Shown one piece after another: positions 46,577 to 56,945 of a stretch of 64,000 bases of DNA. Numbering within the stretch: the first letter of the stretch is position 1; the number at the start of each line of letters is the position of its first letter. The translations under genes were made by a program, and so were the position numbers. Source of the DNA: Deltaproteobacteria bacterium. Its GTDB lineage: Bacteria; Myxococcota_A; UBA9160; UBA4427. The stretch covers positions 342,862 to 406,861 of the forward strand of contig JADJOR010000024.1 in NCBI GenBank assembly GCA_016713665.1. The letters are read 5' to 3'. Below the pieces are notes generated by a model. The model was given only the letters and a program-made list of their open reading frames with translations. It did no database searches and was not told where the DNA came from.

Positions 46577-47740
46577 ATGACGAGCCAGCTTTACGATCCC
46601 TATGACCACAACATCCACACGGATCCCTTTCCGATCTATCGAGAGCTGAGAGATCGCTACCCGCTTTATCACAATGAGGACAAAAAGTTTTGGGCGCTAA
46701 CGCGCTTCGACGACGTGCTCAATGCGGCGAACGATTTTGAGACGTTCTCCTCGGAGGGGGGCATCACAATCGAGGGCGGAGGAAACCAGTTTCCGATGAT
46801 GATCCTGATGGATCCACCGCGCCACGACCGCCTTCGCAGCATCGTCAGTCGGGCCTTCACTTCTCGGCGCGTGGCAGAGCTTGAGCCGAGAATCAGGAAG
46901 TTAGCGGACGGGCTGCTGGACGAGTTCATCTCTAATGGGGGGGGCGACTTGGTCGACGCGCTGGCGTCGCCGATTCCTTCGCTCGTGATCGCAGACATGC
47001 TGGGCGTTCCCGGGGAGGATAGGGCCAAGTTCCGCGAGTGGTCGGATGCCGCAATTCGACAGGATCCGAACGTCCCGGACACTCAGAGAGCGGGGATGGT
47101 GGCCGCACGTGCACTTTACGAATACTTCGGCCATGTGGTCGAAGAGCGACGAAAAAGGCCGGCCGACGATCTTGTTACGGCCTTGATCCACGCCGAAGTC
47201 GACGGTGAGAAGCTGTCGCAGCAGGAGCTGCTCGGTTTCTGCTTCCTGCTCCTCGTTGCGGGCAATGAAACAACCACGAATCTCATTTCAAACGGTGCGA
47301 TCGCCTTCGCCGAGAATCCCGATCAGCGGAGGGCTGTTCGAGAGGACCTTTCGCTGCTGCCCAAGGCGGTCGAAGAAGTGCTGCGATTCGATGGTCCGGT
47401 TCAGGGATTGGCCCGGACGCTGACCCGCGAGGTGGAATTCTACGGACAGAAGGTCGCAGTTGGTGAGAAGATTCTACTGCTTTACGGCGCTGCGAATCGG
47501 GATGAGCGGCGATTCGATGAGCCGGACAAATTTGACATCAGACGGAAACAACGGAGCCATCTCGCGTTTGGACAGGGTCGTCACTTTTGTCTGGGCGCCG
47601 CATTGGCTCGACTCGAAGGGCAATTGGCTTTCGAGGCGCTCTTGACGCGAATCCCGGACTACGAGCTGGTGTCCGGGGGCCGTGAGTACCTCCACTCTGG
47701 TCCGATACGCGGGTTGGACAAGCTCTTGATCGAATTCTAG
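46577..47740 (+). CDS. cytochrome P450
   Basis: FGQGRHFCLGAALA, VEEVLRF and AGNETT motifs. ATG 46577 is used; the track's start at 46574 is TTG. Confidence 0.9.
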   Translation: MTSQLYDPYDHNIHTDPFPIYRELRDRYPLYHNEDKKFWALTRFDDVLNAANDFETFSSEGGITIEGGGNQFPMMILMDPPRHDRLRSIVSRAFTSRRVAELEPRIRKLADGLLDEFISNGGGDLVDALASPIPSLVIADMLGVPGEDRAKFREWSDAAIRQDPNVPDTQRAGMVAARALYEYFGHVVEERRKRPADDLVTALIHAEVDGEKLSQQELLGFCFLLLVAGNETTTNLISNGAIAFAENPDQRRAVREDLSLLPKAVEEVLRFDGPVQGLARTLTREVEFYGQKVAVGEKILLLYGAANRDERRFDEPDKFDIRRKQRSHLAFGQGRHFCLGAALARLEGQLAFEALLTRIPDYELVSGGREYLHSGPIRGLDKLLIEF

Positions 47741-47865
47741 GGATCTAATCCACGGGGACCGCGATTCTCGTCCCCCAGGCCAACCACCGACCCTACTCGC
47801 GCCGCGGCAACCGGTCCCCCTAAACACCTGCCGCACCCCACGGCGCATTTCCCTGCAGCGGTCCG

Positions 47866-48369
47866 CAATCCGCGGGCGCCGGGACCGGACGTTGGATCGC
47901 GATCGCGTGCACGACCACAGTGGAATAGGAGGCGTTATGCACAGAAGCTGGCAATACGGCGTGCGCCCATAATGCGCGTTTTGCCACATTTGCCGCCCGC
48001 TGTAAGCACCAAGAGCCCTCGAGGAGAATCTCTCGAATTGGACCCGAGCCTTCGACGCCTACGTGCAAATGAACCGGCTGCAACGCGCCGGCATCCCGGC
48101 AGGCGTCTGTCAGACGGCAGAGGAGCGCGCTGAGCGGGACCCGCAACTCAAGCATCTCGATTGGCTCACCGTCCTGCGCCACAGCGAAATCGGCGAATGG
48201 CGAGTCAAGGACTTCCCCGTTCGCCTGTCGGAGGCCGCCCACGTGCCGGGGAGGACCGATCGAACGCGCCTCCCGCTGCTACGGCTAGGACAACCGCTTC
48301 GCTTTCAGGACTTTTCTCGGAATGAGCAACCAGGAGATCGTCACCCTGGAGAAGCGACACGTCTTCTGA
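47866..48369 (+). pseudogene. family III CoA-transferase (CaiB/BaiF-like), 5'-truncated C-terminal relic
   Basis: Reads GRWIAIACTTTVE-TAG(47926-47928)-EALCTEAGN..ARFATFAARCKHQEP. After a frame switch near 48010-48018 it reads LEENLSNWTRAFDAYVQMNRLQRAGIPAGVCQTAEERAERDPQLKHLDWLTVLRHSEIGEWRVKDFPVRLSEAA. After another shift it reads RCYG-TAG(48286-48288)-DNRFAFRTFLGMSNQEIVTLEKRHVF. Confidence 0.55.
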
Positions 48370-48497
48370 ACGGGCGGAGTTGATTTCCGATCGAATTCAA
48401 GCGAATATGATCGGATACGAATTGGTCTCGCCACCGTGCCTCGCCAGAATTACAACAGCTCGGCATGGGAGCAGAGGCCTAAACGGGAGCCCTAACC

Positions 48498-49649
48498 ATG
48501 AATGCCGATCTCGCGAAACGACCGATCATCGACATCGACACCCATTGGACTGAGCCCCGGGATCTATGGAGCAAACGGGCTCCGGCAAGACTCAAAGACC
48601 GAGTGCCCAAGATCGCGATCGGCCCAGGGGGCAACGAACACTGGTTCGTTGAGGGTGACCTCGCACTGGGTGCTCCGGGCTATTCCGTCATCAAGCGAGA
48701 TGGCTCCAAGGTGCGCGGAACCTTCTCCCTCCCCCGCTTCGAGGATCAACACGAAGCCGGCTACACCGCCGAGGCCCGCCTGAAGATCATGGACGCCACA
48801 GGGGTCTACGCCGAGATCTGTTACCCGAATACGCTTGGCTTCGCAGGCGGCGGGGTCATGGCGGTGAAAGACGAAGAACTTCGGAATTTCTGCATCAGCG
48901 CGTACAACGATGGCTGCGGCGAAGTACAGGAGCAAGGAAAGGGGCGCCTCTTTCCCCAGGCCATTCTTCCGTTCTGGAACCTCGATGCCACGCTCAAGGA
49001 GCTCAAGCGCTGTCGCGAAGAACTCGGACTGATCGGGTTCACGATGACTGACAGCCCCCAGGAATGGAATCTCCCTCCCCTGCAGAACCCCTACTGGGAC
49101 CCGTTGTGGAATATGGCCCAGGACTATGGAATGCCGATCAACTTCCACATCGGCTCGGGCGCGACGGGGCCGTTGGCCTGGCCCGAACTCGAGCCAGGGC
49201 GGATGCTCGCGGTCTCTTCAACCTGCATTTTCTTGAATAACATCCGTACTATGGTCAATCTCATTTTCAGCGGACTGCTCGACCGTTTCCCGAATCTCAA
49301 CTTCGTCTCCGTCGAGAGCGGATTGGGCTGGATCCCGATCGTGCTCGAGTCCTGCAACTACCAGATGCGCGAGAACATGGCGAAACCCATGAAGCTCACC
49401 CCGAGCGAGTATTTTCAGCGCCAGATCTATTCGTCCTACTGGTTCGAAAAGGACGATATCTGCAAGTCGATCCACTTGATCGGCGAGGATCATGTCATGT
49501 TCGAGACCGACTTCCCTCATCCGACCTGTATCTACCCGAACGTGCAAGAGACGATTGAAGACAGCATCGGATCGATGGGCGAAAGCGTCCAGCGAAAGGT
49601 TCTTTGGGAGAACGCGTCGCGGGTCTACGGAATCCCGCTGCCAAGCTGA
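48498..49649 (+). CDS. amidohydrolase (PF04909 / ACMSD-LigW-like metal-dependent hydrolase/decarboxylase family)
   Basis: 383 aa. IDIDTHWTEP N-terminal metal motif, INFHIGSG, and FETDFPHPTC near the C-terminus. Confidence 0.9.
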   Translation: MNADLAKRPIIDIDTHWTEPRDLWSKRAPARLKDRVPKIAIGPGGNEHWFVEGDLALGAPGYSVIKRDGSKVRGTFSLPRFEDQHEAGYTAEARLKIMDATGVYAEICYPNTLGFAGGGVMAVKDEELRNFCISAYNDGCGEVQEQGKGRLFPQAILPFWNLDATLKELKRCREELGLIGFTMTDSPQEWNLPPLQNPYWDPLWNMAQDYGMPINFHIGSGATGPLAWPELEPGRMLAVSSTCIFLNNIRTMVNLIFSGLLDRFPNLNFVSVESGLGWIPIVLESCNYQMRENMAKPMKLTPSEYFQRQIYSSYWFEKDDICKSIHLIGEDHVMFETDFPHPTCIYPNVQETIEDSIGSMGESVQRKVLWENASRVYGIPLPS

Positions 49650-49838
49650 CGAGAATCGCGGCTTGCGTCGAGCTGGAATCGGATGGTTCGCACGCCGTGT
49701 AGTGCCACAATCGTCAAGCGGAACCTTCCGTCTAGGCAAACTGGCAGTATCGCTCGAATCAGCTCAGGGGCTAGACAAGTGATCTGACCAGCAGCATGCG
49801 GGATAGTGTGTGGGAAGGGATTGGCTGAGAGGTGCTGG

Positions 49839-51224
49839 ATGACGGCCCATGAAAAAATATTGGCACCGGTGGGCGGGGTCGCAGGTGCTCGTTGCCCCGG
49901 CGAGTCTGTTCAGGACGTTTATCGACGCGATCGCGGAGAACTGCCGCAGTTTCTAACGGAAACAGCGTCAGCGCCTATCGAGGCACGCCCGCTCACGACG
50001 GACGTCTACACCTCCCGAGATTTTCACGCACTTGAACTCGAACGGATGTGGCCGCGCGTCTGGCAGATGGCAGGTCGTGAGGAGGACATCCCGGAGGTCG
50101 GAGACCACTTCGTCTACGAGATCGGCGCGACCTCACTCATCATCGTCCGATCCGGAGCGGCCGAGATTCGCGCCCTTTACAACTCCTGCCTGCACCGTGG
50201 CACCGCATTGCGCGAATGCGGCGGGAACGTGAGCCAGTTCCGTTGTCCCTTCCACGCCTTTACATGGGATCTGCACGGCGAGATCAAACGAATTCCGAGC
50301 GAGTGGGACTTTCAGGATATTCGGGGTCGTGTCGCCAAGTTGCCGGAAGCCCGTCTGGACACATGGGGGGGCTTCATCTTCGTAAATCTGGACGAGGAAG
50401 CCGAATCCCTCGAAAGCTACCTTGAGTCCGTACCCAAGGACTTCGAGCGCTGGCCCCTTGATCAACGATTCACCGCGTCACATGTAGCCAAGGAACTCGA
50501 CTGCAACTGGAAGGTCGCACAAGAGGCCTTTATCGAAGTCTTCCACGTAATTGGGATCCATCCGCAGTCCCTTCCCATGTTCGGTGATGCCAACGCGCAA
50601 TACGACGTCTGGCCGGAGCGTCGACATACGAGCCGCATGATCAATCTCTCGGCCGTCGCAAGTCCCCATCTCAGAGGGTATAGCGAGCAGAGAATTCTGG
50701 ATGCCTCAGCCGAATTTGGCCTCTGCGACAGGGGCGCGACCGTGCCGGCGGGTAAGAGGGCACGAGATGTCGTCGTCGAGGGAATGCGGGAGCGTTTCAG
50801 GCGCGACCTTGGGGTCGATACGAGCGGTCTATGCGATACGGAAGTGCTGGATGTCATCCAGTACAACGTTTTTCCCAATCTGATGCTCTTCGGGGGGCTC
50901 GGCTCGCCGCTCGTCTACCGAGTTCGGCCCCAGGGAGACGATCCTGGTCGATGCCTCTTCGAAGTCTGGCTGCTTCTGCCCTTCCCGAAAGATGCACCGA
51001 GACCGCCGGCAGCCCCCCTTCGCATTCTGACTGCGGAGGATCGTTGGTCCAGCGTAGAGGAACTCAGCTATTTCGGAGCCATTCTCGACCAGGACTTCGA
51101 CATGATGCCGCAAGTACAGCGCGGCCTACGTGCATCGAAAACGCGGCAGGTCTTGTTGTCGACGTACCAAGAAAGCCGAATCCGACACATGAGGCAGACG
51201 CTCGACGAATACGTTAGGCGCTGA
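49839..51224 (+). CDS. Rieske [2Fe-2S] non-heme-iron oxygenase, alpha subunit
   Basis: From ORF 49806..51224, trimmed to ATG 49839. Rieske motif CLHRG-x16-CPFH and mononuclear-iron motif EAFIEVFHVIGIH (Hx4H). No beta subunit or reductase is adjacent. Confidence 0.85.
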   Translation: MTAHEKILAPVGGVAGARCPGESVQDVYRRDRGELPQFLTETASAPIEARPLTTDVYTSRDFHALELERMWPRVWQMAGREEDIPEVGDHFVYEIGATSLIIVRSGAAEIRALYNSCLHRGTALRECGGNVSQFRCPFHAFTWDLHGEIKRIPSEWDFQDIRGRVAKLPEARLDTWGGFIFVNLDEEAESLESYLESVPKDFERWPLDQRFTASHVAKELDCNWKVAQEAFIEVFHVIGIHPQSLPMFGDANAQYDVWPERRHTSRMINLSAVASPHLRGYSEQRILDASAEFGLCDRGATVPAGKRARDVVVEGMRERFRRDLGVDTSGLCDTEVLDVIQYNVFPNLMLFGGLGSPLVYRVRPQGDDPGRCLFEVWLLLPFPKDAPRPPAAPLRILTAEDRWSSVEELSYFGAILDQDFDMMPQVQRGLRASKTRQVLLSTYQESRIRHMRQTLDEYVRR

Positions 51225-51271
51225 TCTCAGCCCGGCCGAGCGGCCTCCTTCTGCGTTGAGTGCGATAGCAT

Positions 51272-52030
51272 TCAATCGCCCTCACCGCCCGGGAGCCCTG
51301 CCAGAAGTCCGCCGTCCGCTATGAACTCGGACCCTGTCGAGTAGGAACTGTCGTCGGAGGCCAGGAAGAGAGCCAGCTTCGCGATCTCTTCGGGTTGAGC
51401 GATCCGCCGCAAGGGGACCCGGCGAAAAATGTCGAGCGCCCCTGGATCGATGTCATCCGCCTTCACCATGGGCGTATCGACGCCACCGGGATGGATCGAG
51501 TTGACGCGGACGCCGTAGGGTCCGAACTCGATCGCCGCCGTCTTTGTGAGTCCCCGGACCGCGAACTTGCTCGAGACGTATCCCGACCCACCGGCCATTC
51601 CGACGAGTCCATCGACCGAGGAGATGTTCACAATCGACCCATTCCCCCGGTTGATCATTTCCCGGCCGACCTCCCGGAGCCCTAGGAAAACACCGACTTG
51701 ATTCACCGAGATGACCCGTTGGTAGTCGTCAAGGGTCGTCTCCGTGAGCCGCGAGAACCGCACGATGCCTGCGTTGTTGACCAGGACATCGATCTTCCCG
51801 TGTTGCCCGACCGTCTCTGAAACGACACGGCGCCAGTCGTCCTCCGAGGTGACGTCGAGATGTCGATACGAAGCCGTGTCTCCGATCTGATCAGCGACCT
51901 TACATCCGGTCTCGTCGAGCACGTCGCAGAGAACGACCTGTGCGCCCTCTGCCGCAAAGAGACGGGCCTCCGCCTCCCCCTGCCCGCGCGCCGCCCCTGT
52001 GATCAGAGCGACCCGACCTTTTAGTCTCAT
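51272..52030 (-). CDS. short-chain dehydrogenase/reductase (SDR)
   Basis: From ORF 51272..52054, trimmed to ATG 52030 after AGGAGG. ITGAARGQG and YVSSK motifs. Confidence 0.9.
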   Translation of the reverse strand: MRLKGRVALITGAARGQGEAEARLFAAEGAQVVLCDVLDETGCKVADQIGDTASYRHLDVTSEDDWRRVVSETVGQHGKIDVLVNNAGIVRFSRLTETTLDDYQRVISVNQVGVFLGLREVGREMINRGNGSIVNISSVDGLVGMAGGSGYVSSKFAVRGLTKTAAIEFGPYGVRVNSIHPGGVDTPMVKADDIDPGALDIFRRVPLRRIAQPEEIAKLALFLASDDSSYSTGSEFIADGGLLAGLPGGEGD

Positions 52031-52328
52031 TCGAATTCCTCCTGCGCTGCGCACGCGATGCTTGCGTTTCCGACTTGATACATAATAATATAATCGTACT
52101 CAGCCCGGACCGGCGACTGGAACCGAACGGCCTGCGCCGGCTTCTGTCGATTTCTTCCCATGCAGCGTTGGCTGAGAGATGGGCGCCCATGGACCTTCTC
52201 TCCATGGTCCGACGAGATTTGTCGAAATTTTCTCGGCGAGCGCTGGCTGGGAATGCTGCGTTCGTATTGACGAGGCCGTATTCATCGGACGGAGTCCCGC
52301 TGGCACGGAAATGAAAAAGGAGATGACC

Positions 52329-53540
52329 ATGCACGCCAAGAACACAACTGAAAGCGGCAACGGGGGGCGGAACATCCTCAACGGCCTACACGTCATCGAT
52401 TCCGATACGCATCTCTCAGAGCCTCACGATCTTTGGACGAGAAACGCATCAAGTGCGCTTCGCGATCGCGTTCCACAGGTCAAGCAGATCGATGGGGTCA
52501 ACCACTGGATCGTGGACGGTGACGTCGACATGGGACCCGCAACCCCCGTGAGCGTAGTAAGGCGCGACGGAAAGAAGTCCGATGGCCTCGAGTTCTTCGG
52601 CTGGAAGCTGGAGGACGTACACGAAGCCTCCTATGACATGAAGGCGCGCGTTCGCTTAATGGATGAGCTCGGTATTCATGCGCAGATCATCTATCCCAAT
52701 GCCGCCGGTTTTGGAAACCAGAACTTCCTCAAAGTGAAGGACGAAAAGCTGCGCCTTGCGTGCGCCCAGATCTACAACGACTCCGTTGCGGAGCTCCAAG
52801 AGCAGTCGGATAATCGTCTCTTCCCAATGGCGCTCGTGCCCTGGTGGCATATCGATTCCTGTGCAAAGGAAATCGAGCGGGCACATGCGCTCGGACTCCG
52901 GGGCGTGGTGATGTGCAGCGATCCCGATAGTGGCGGGCTCCCCGATCTCGGCGATCCCGCCTGGGACCCTTTCTGGGATGTCTGCGGAGAACTGGAGATG
53001 CCCGTCAACTTCCATATTGGCGCGAGTCAGACGTCATTCAACATGTTCGGGACCGCTTCGTGGAACAGCATGGACATGAGTGAGCGGCTCGCACTCGGGT
53101 CCGCGACCTTGTTTTTCGACAATGCACGGGTGCTCGGCAACCTCCTTTATAGCGGCATCCTCGAACGCTTCCCGAAGGTCAAGGTCGTCTCCGTCGAGAG
53201 CGGTATTGGCTGGATACCCTTTCTCCTCGAAACACTTGACTACGAGGCGCAGGAGACCGGCTCATACAAGAACGGGAAGCTCAAGATGCTGCCCTCGGAA
53301 TACTTCCGCCGCCAGGTCTATGGTTGTTTTTGGTTCGAGACGAACGCGCCCCAGAAGTTGATCCAGGATGTTGGCGTAAACAACGTCCTCTTCGAGACGG
53401 ATTTTCCGCATCCCACCTGCCTGTATCCGAACAACCGGAATCATCTACAGAAGGCCATGGGGCATCTGGACGAAAACATCTGCCGCCGGGTCCTTCAGGA
53501 CAACGCGGCAGAACTCTATCGTATTCCACTCCCCGGCTGA
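52329..53540 (+). CDS. amidohydrolase (PF04909-like), intact paralogue of 39228..40193
   Basis: From ORF 52179..53540. AAGGAG at 52317-52322 favours ATG 52329 (MHAKNTT); ATG 52311 or 52323 are possible. Motifs VIDSDTHLSEPHDLW, VNFHIGAS and FETDFPHPTC. Confidence 0.9.
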   Translation: MHAKNTTESGNGGRNILNGLHVIDSDTHLSEPHDLWTRNASSALRDRVPQVKQIDGVNHWIVDGDVDMGPATPVSVVRRDGKKSDGLEFFGWKLEDVHEASYDMKARVRLMDELGIHAQIIYPNAAGFGNQNFLKVKDEKLRLACAQIYNDSVAELQEQSDNRLFPMALVPWWHIDSCAKEIERAHALGLRGVVMCSDPDSGGLPDLGDPAWDPFWDVCGELEMPVNFHIGASQTSFNMFGTASWNSMDMSERLALGSATLFFDNARVLGNLLYSGILERFPKVKVVSVESGIGWIPFLLETLDYEAQETGSYKNGKLKMLPSEYFRRQVYGCFWFETNAPQKLIQDVGVNNVLFETDFPHPTCLYPNNRNHLQKAMGHLDENICRRVLQDNAAELYRIPLPG

Positions 53541-53575
53541 GTCATTCGATTACAGGAGCCTACGAATGGACACGG

Positions 53576-53775
53576 ATCTTATGTTGTCGGCAATCGAATC
53601 GCGGCTCGTGTGATGAGATTGGCCGGTCTCTCCAGGGGATTGCGCCGCGTGCCGACGTCGCACCCAGCACGATCCAGAGAGTCCTAACAGAACAGCTCTG
53701 GCCTGCTCTAGAAATCCGACCACACTCAGACCGTGAGAATTCGGCCGAGTTCAATTCAGATCAGAGAGAATTGCC
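53576..53775 (+). pseudogene. decayed tandem duplicate of the 5' end (RBS + HTH region) of the regulator gene at 53968
   Basis: Nucleotide alignment by eye: CAGGAG..ATGGAC..GATCT..A(A/T)TCGCGG...GACGTC(G/T)CACC(C/G)AGCACGATCCAGA(G/A)(A/G)GTC..AACAGAACAG is shared with 53957-54110. The reading frame is broken after 15 codons (TGATGA). Confidence 0.55.
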
Positions 53776-53967
53776 ATCGAGAGCTCAAAATTTCGGGAGT
53801 GGAAGTTAGCCTTTGCATTGCATCCGGTGGAGACCAGCACCCAGGTCACAGACGTCGTTGGGAACTTGACAAACACAGTCTTCGCCGACTACTACACGTC
53901 AGGACAACGCCGCGGAAAACAATAAGCTCCCAATTAAAGAGTGATCCACGGAATCGCAGGAGTCAAC

Positions 53968-54579
53968 ATGGACGAAGATCTCAAGCTCATTGCGCGAAGG
54001 ATTCGCGGTTGGCGCGAGGAGCTCGGGCTATCCCTCCACGAGCTGGCTCGACGTGCTGACGTCTCACCGAGCACGATCCAGAAGGTCGAAACAGAACAGA
54101 TGGTCCCCTCGATTTCGATCGTCATGAAGATCGCGAGAGGACTCGATCGGCGTCCAACCGAACTCATCAGCGATGAGCCCGAACATCTCGATGTCGTTCT
54201 TATTCGCGCCAAGGAACACGCAACGAGCGGCTCAATCGCGAAAATGAAAGCCGAGCGATTATCGGGAGACCTCTTCGATCCGTCGATCGAAATGTGGCGA
54301 GTCTTTGTAAGTCCCGGATTCTCGAGCGGCTCAGACCCTCACGCTTACGAGGGAGAGGAGCTCATTCTGTGTGAGGAAGGCTGTGTGACCTTCGCATTCG
54401 AGGAATGCGAGTATCAAATGCAAGCCGGCGATTCACTTCACTTCAAGGCCGATCTGCCTCATCGATGGTGGAACGACGGTGACACGGTGGCCCGAATCAT
54501 CATCGCCGGCACGTTCCCGAAAGCCCTGCGACGCAAGCTTCACGAGCAAATGCAGAACCCACGCAAACCACGACGCTAG
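53968..54579 (+). CDS. XRE-family HTH + cupin transcriptional regulator (paralogue of 40238..40849)
   Basis: From ORF 53941..54579, trimmed to ATG 53968 after GCAGGAG. Motifs LGLSLHELARRADVSPSTIQKVETEQMVPSISIVMKIARGL and SLHFKADLPHRWWN. Confidence 0.85.
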   Translation: MDEDLKLIARRIRGWREELGLSLHELARRADVSPSTIQKVETEQMVPSISIVMKIARGLDRRPTELISDEPEHLDVVLIRAKEHATSGSIAKMKAERLSGDLFDPSIEMWRVFVSPGFSSGSDPHAYEGEELILCEEGCVTFAFEECEYQMQAGDSLHFKADLPHRWWNDGDTVARIIIAGTFPKALRRKLHEQMQNPRKPRR

Positions 54580-54887
54580 GGTGTTCCTGCACCGCATAGG
54601 TCAAGACCGTTTATCGCTTCTCAGCGTTGACTACCCATAGCATCGATACCAAATTCGGAACCGTCGATCCAGCTGAGACAACGCTCGATTTGTCATCTCA
54701 CGCGTCACGCGAAGCAGATCATCCGAAGAAATCCGCTCCTTCGGCGACGAATGCCGGGACTTCGGAGATTGATACTGCTCGCTTTCAAGTATCTCCAACC
54801 CCGATGACCAACCGTGTTCCACCTTCCCGCCACGCGTCCACGGGGTCTGCCCGGAACCTGCTAGACGAATCCGTCGCAATCTGCAGG

Positions 54888-55418
<531 letters not shown>

Positions 55419-56055
55419 GTAAGGCTTGCCAGGCTCACGGGTCTTTAGAGGTAAGCAGTCGTCGAGCGACGTCTTGCGCCGCTCCGGATTTCAGCTCGCG
55501 AGCGTGGATGAAGGGAGCGCCTGCCCCGTGAACGTCTCCTCCTTCCAGAGACACGGCGTGAGATCGGCGAAGTCGCGCTGCGGATGGGTCGCACGCGCTG
55601 AAGTACGTCGACCAGGTACCTGTACGGATCGACGCCGTGCAGCACGCACGTCGTGACCAAGCTCTGGATGATCCCTGACCTTCTCCGCCTCGACCTCGGT
55701 CGAGCAGAACCGCCAGGCCTTCCCGCCCACCGGGATCGGCCGTAGGCCTCGCTCCAGATGGTTCGTGTCGATCGGGACGTCGGGATCGGACCGGAACGCC
55801 TCGAGGCTGGCACGCAGCTTGAGCGCGTGCCGCGTCGCCTCCGTGAAAGGGTTCGGCCGCGGCTTGCGGGTTGCCTGAACCCCGCCGGAAGGCAACGTCC
55901 CCCGCCAGGCGTGCCCGCCACATCCGAAAGCTCACGGAGAATTCCACCCTGTGGCAGGAGGCGGCCTCCGAGAGGTTCCTCGACTCGAACCTTCCCACGA
56001 TCTGTCGCCACTCCGACGGCGTGCGGCGAATCCGGCCATCCGACAGCGATTGCAT
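55419..56055 (-). mobile_element. IS66-family remnant: TnpA-like N-terminus fused to frameshifted TnpC C-terminal pieces, with a terminal GTAAG end at 55419
   Basis: Minus-strand ORFs carry three pieces. One is MQSLSDGRIRRTPSEWRQIVGRFESRNLSEAASCHRVEFSVSFRMWRARL (accessory-protein-like). The other two are SLEAFRSDPDVPIDTNHLERGLRPIPVGGKAWRFCSTEVEAE and TTCVLHGVDPYRYLVDVLQRV / ATHPQRDFADLTPCLWKE, which resemble the IS66 TnpC C-terminus and lie in different frames. The sequence at 55419 begins GTAAGGCTTGCC, resembling IS66-type terminal repeats that start GTAAG. Confidence 0.6.
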
Positions 56056-56306
56056 CGCTTCCCTCCTCGATGAAGCAGGGAGACCAACGAGATCAGGAGA
56101 TTGAACGGAAGAGCGTCGTTCGGCGACCGGTTACGTCAAAGATCGTAATTTTTGTACACGATCAATCGAACGACGGGCCGGGGCGAGAAGCCTTTATCAA
56201 TCCGCGTGTTACCTCTGATGACGCGCACCAAGCCCGGTCAGGATTCCAGCCTCTTGAAAAAAGAACCAATATTATCTAGCCTGTATCCGCAATTTGGTAG
56301 GAACAA

Positions 56307-56945
56307 ATGGCTATTCCCAAAAAATCGATTCGCGACGAACGTCGAGAGCGTGAAGTCGCCTTTCGTCGACAGGACGTCCTTGAGGCCGCAGCTGCTGTGT
56401 TCGCGGAAAAAGGATTCCAAGGCGCACAGGTCGCTGAGATAGCGAACGCGGCTGAGGTCTCACTGAATTCGGTCTACGGCCTATTCAAAGGAAAAGAAGA
56501 GCTCTACGAGGCCGTTATCCATGCCGCTGTCGCAACGATTCGCGACCGCGTGCGAGATGTCGTCGACCCCATTCCCGAACCCGGCGAGAAACTGCTTCGA
56601 CTGATCGACGCGCTCTTCGCGTGCTTCGACGAGCACAAAGGCCTACTTCAAATCTATGGCCGCACGACGCACGGGCTTCCGTGGCGTGTCCGACAAGCAC
56701 TCGGCGACGAGTCCCTCGAGGTCTTCCAGGCTTTTCGCGCATGGCTCATCGAAATCGCGACGGATGCCAAGAAAGCCGGAAGACTCGGAGAGTTCGACCC
56801 GGAGACTTTTGCGCTCGCGCTCGTCGGTACAGTCACCAGCACAGCAGCGCACTGGGTTGAAGAGTCTGGTGGTAAATCGCTCAACGATTACGCCCCGCGC
56901 GTACGCGCCCTGTTTGCGGCGCTCCTCACCGAGCCGCGAAAGTGA
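56307..56945 (+). CDS. TetR-family transcriptional regulator
   Basis: HTH segment FQGAQVAEIANAAEVSLNSVYGLFKGKEELY; 212 aa. Confidence 0.85.
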   Translation: MAIPKKSIRDERREREVAFRRQDVLEAAAAVFAEKGFQGAQVAEIANAAEVSLNSVYGLFKGKEELYEAVIHAAVATIRDRVRDVVDPIPEPGEKLLRLIDALFACFDEHKGLLQIYGRTTHGLPWRVRQALGDESLEVFQAFRAWLIEIATDAKKAGRLGEFDPETFALALVGTVTSTAAHWVEESGGKSLNDYAPRVRALFAALLTEPRK

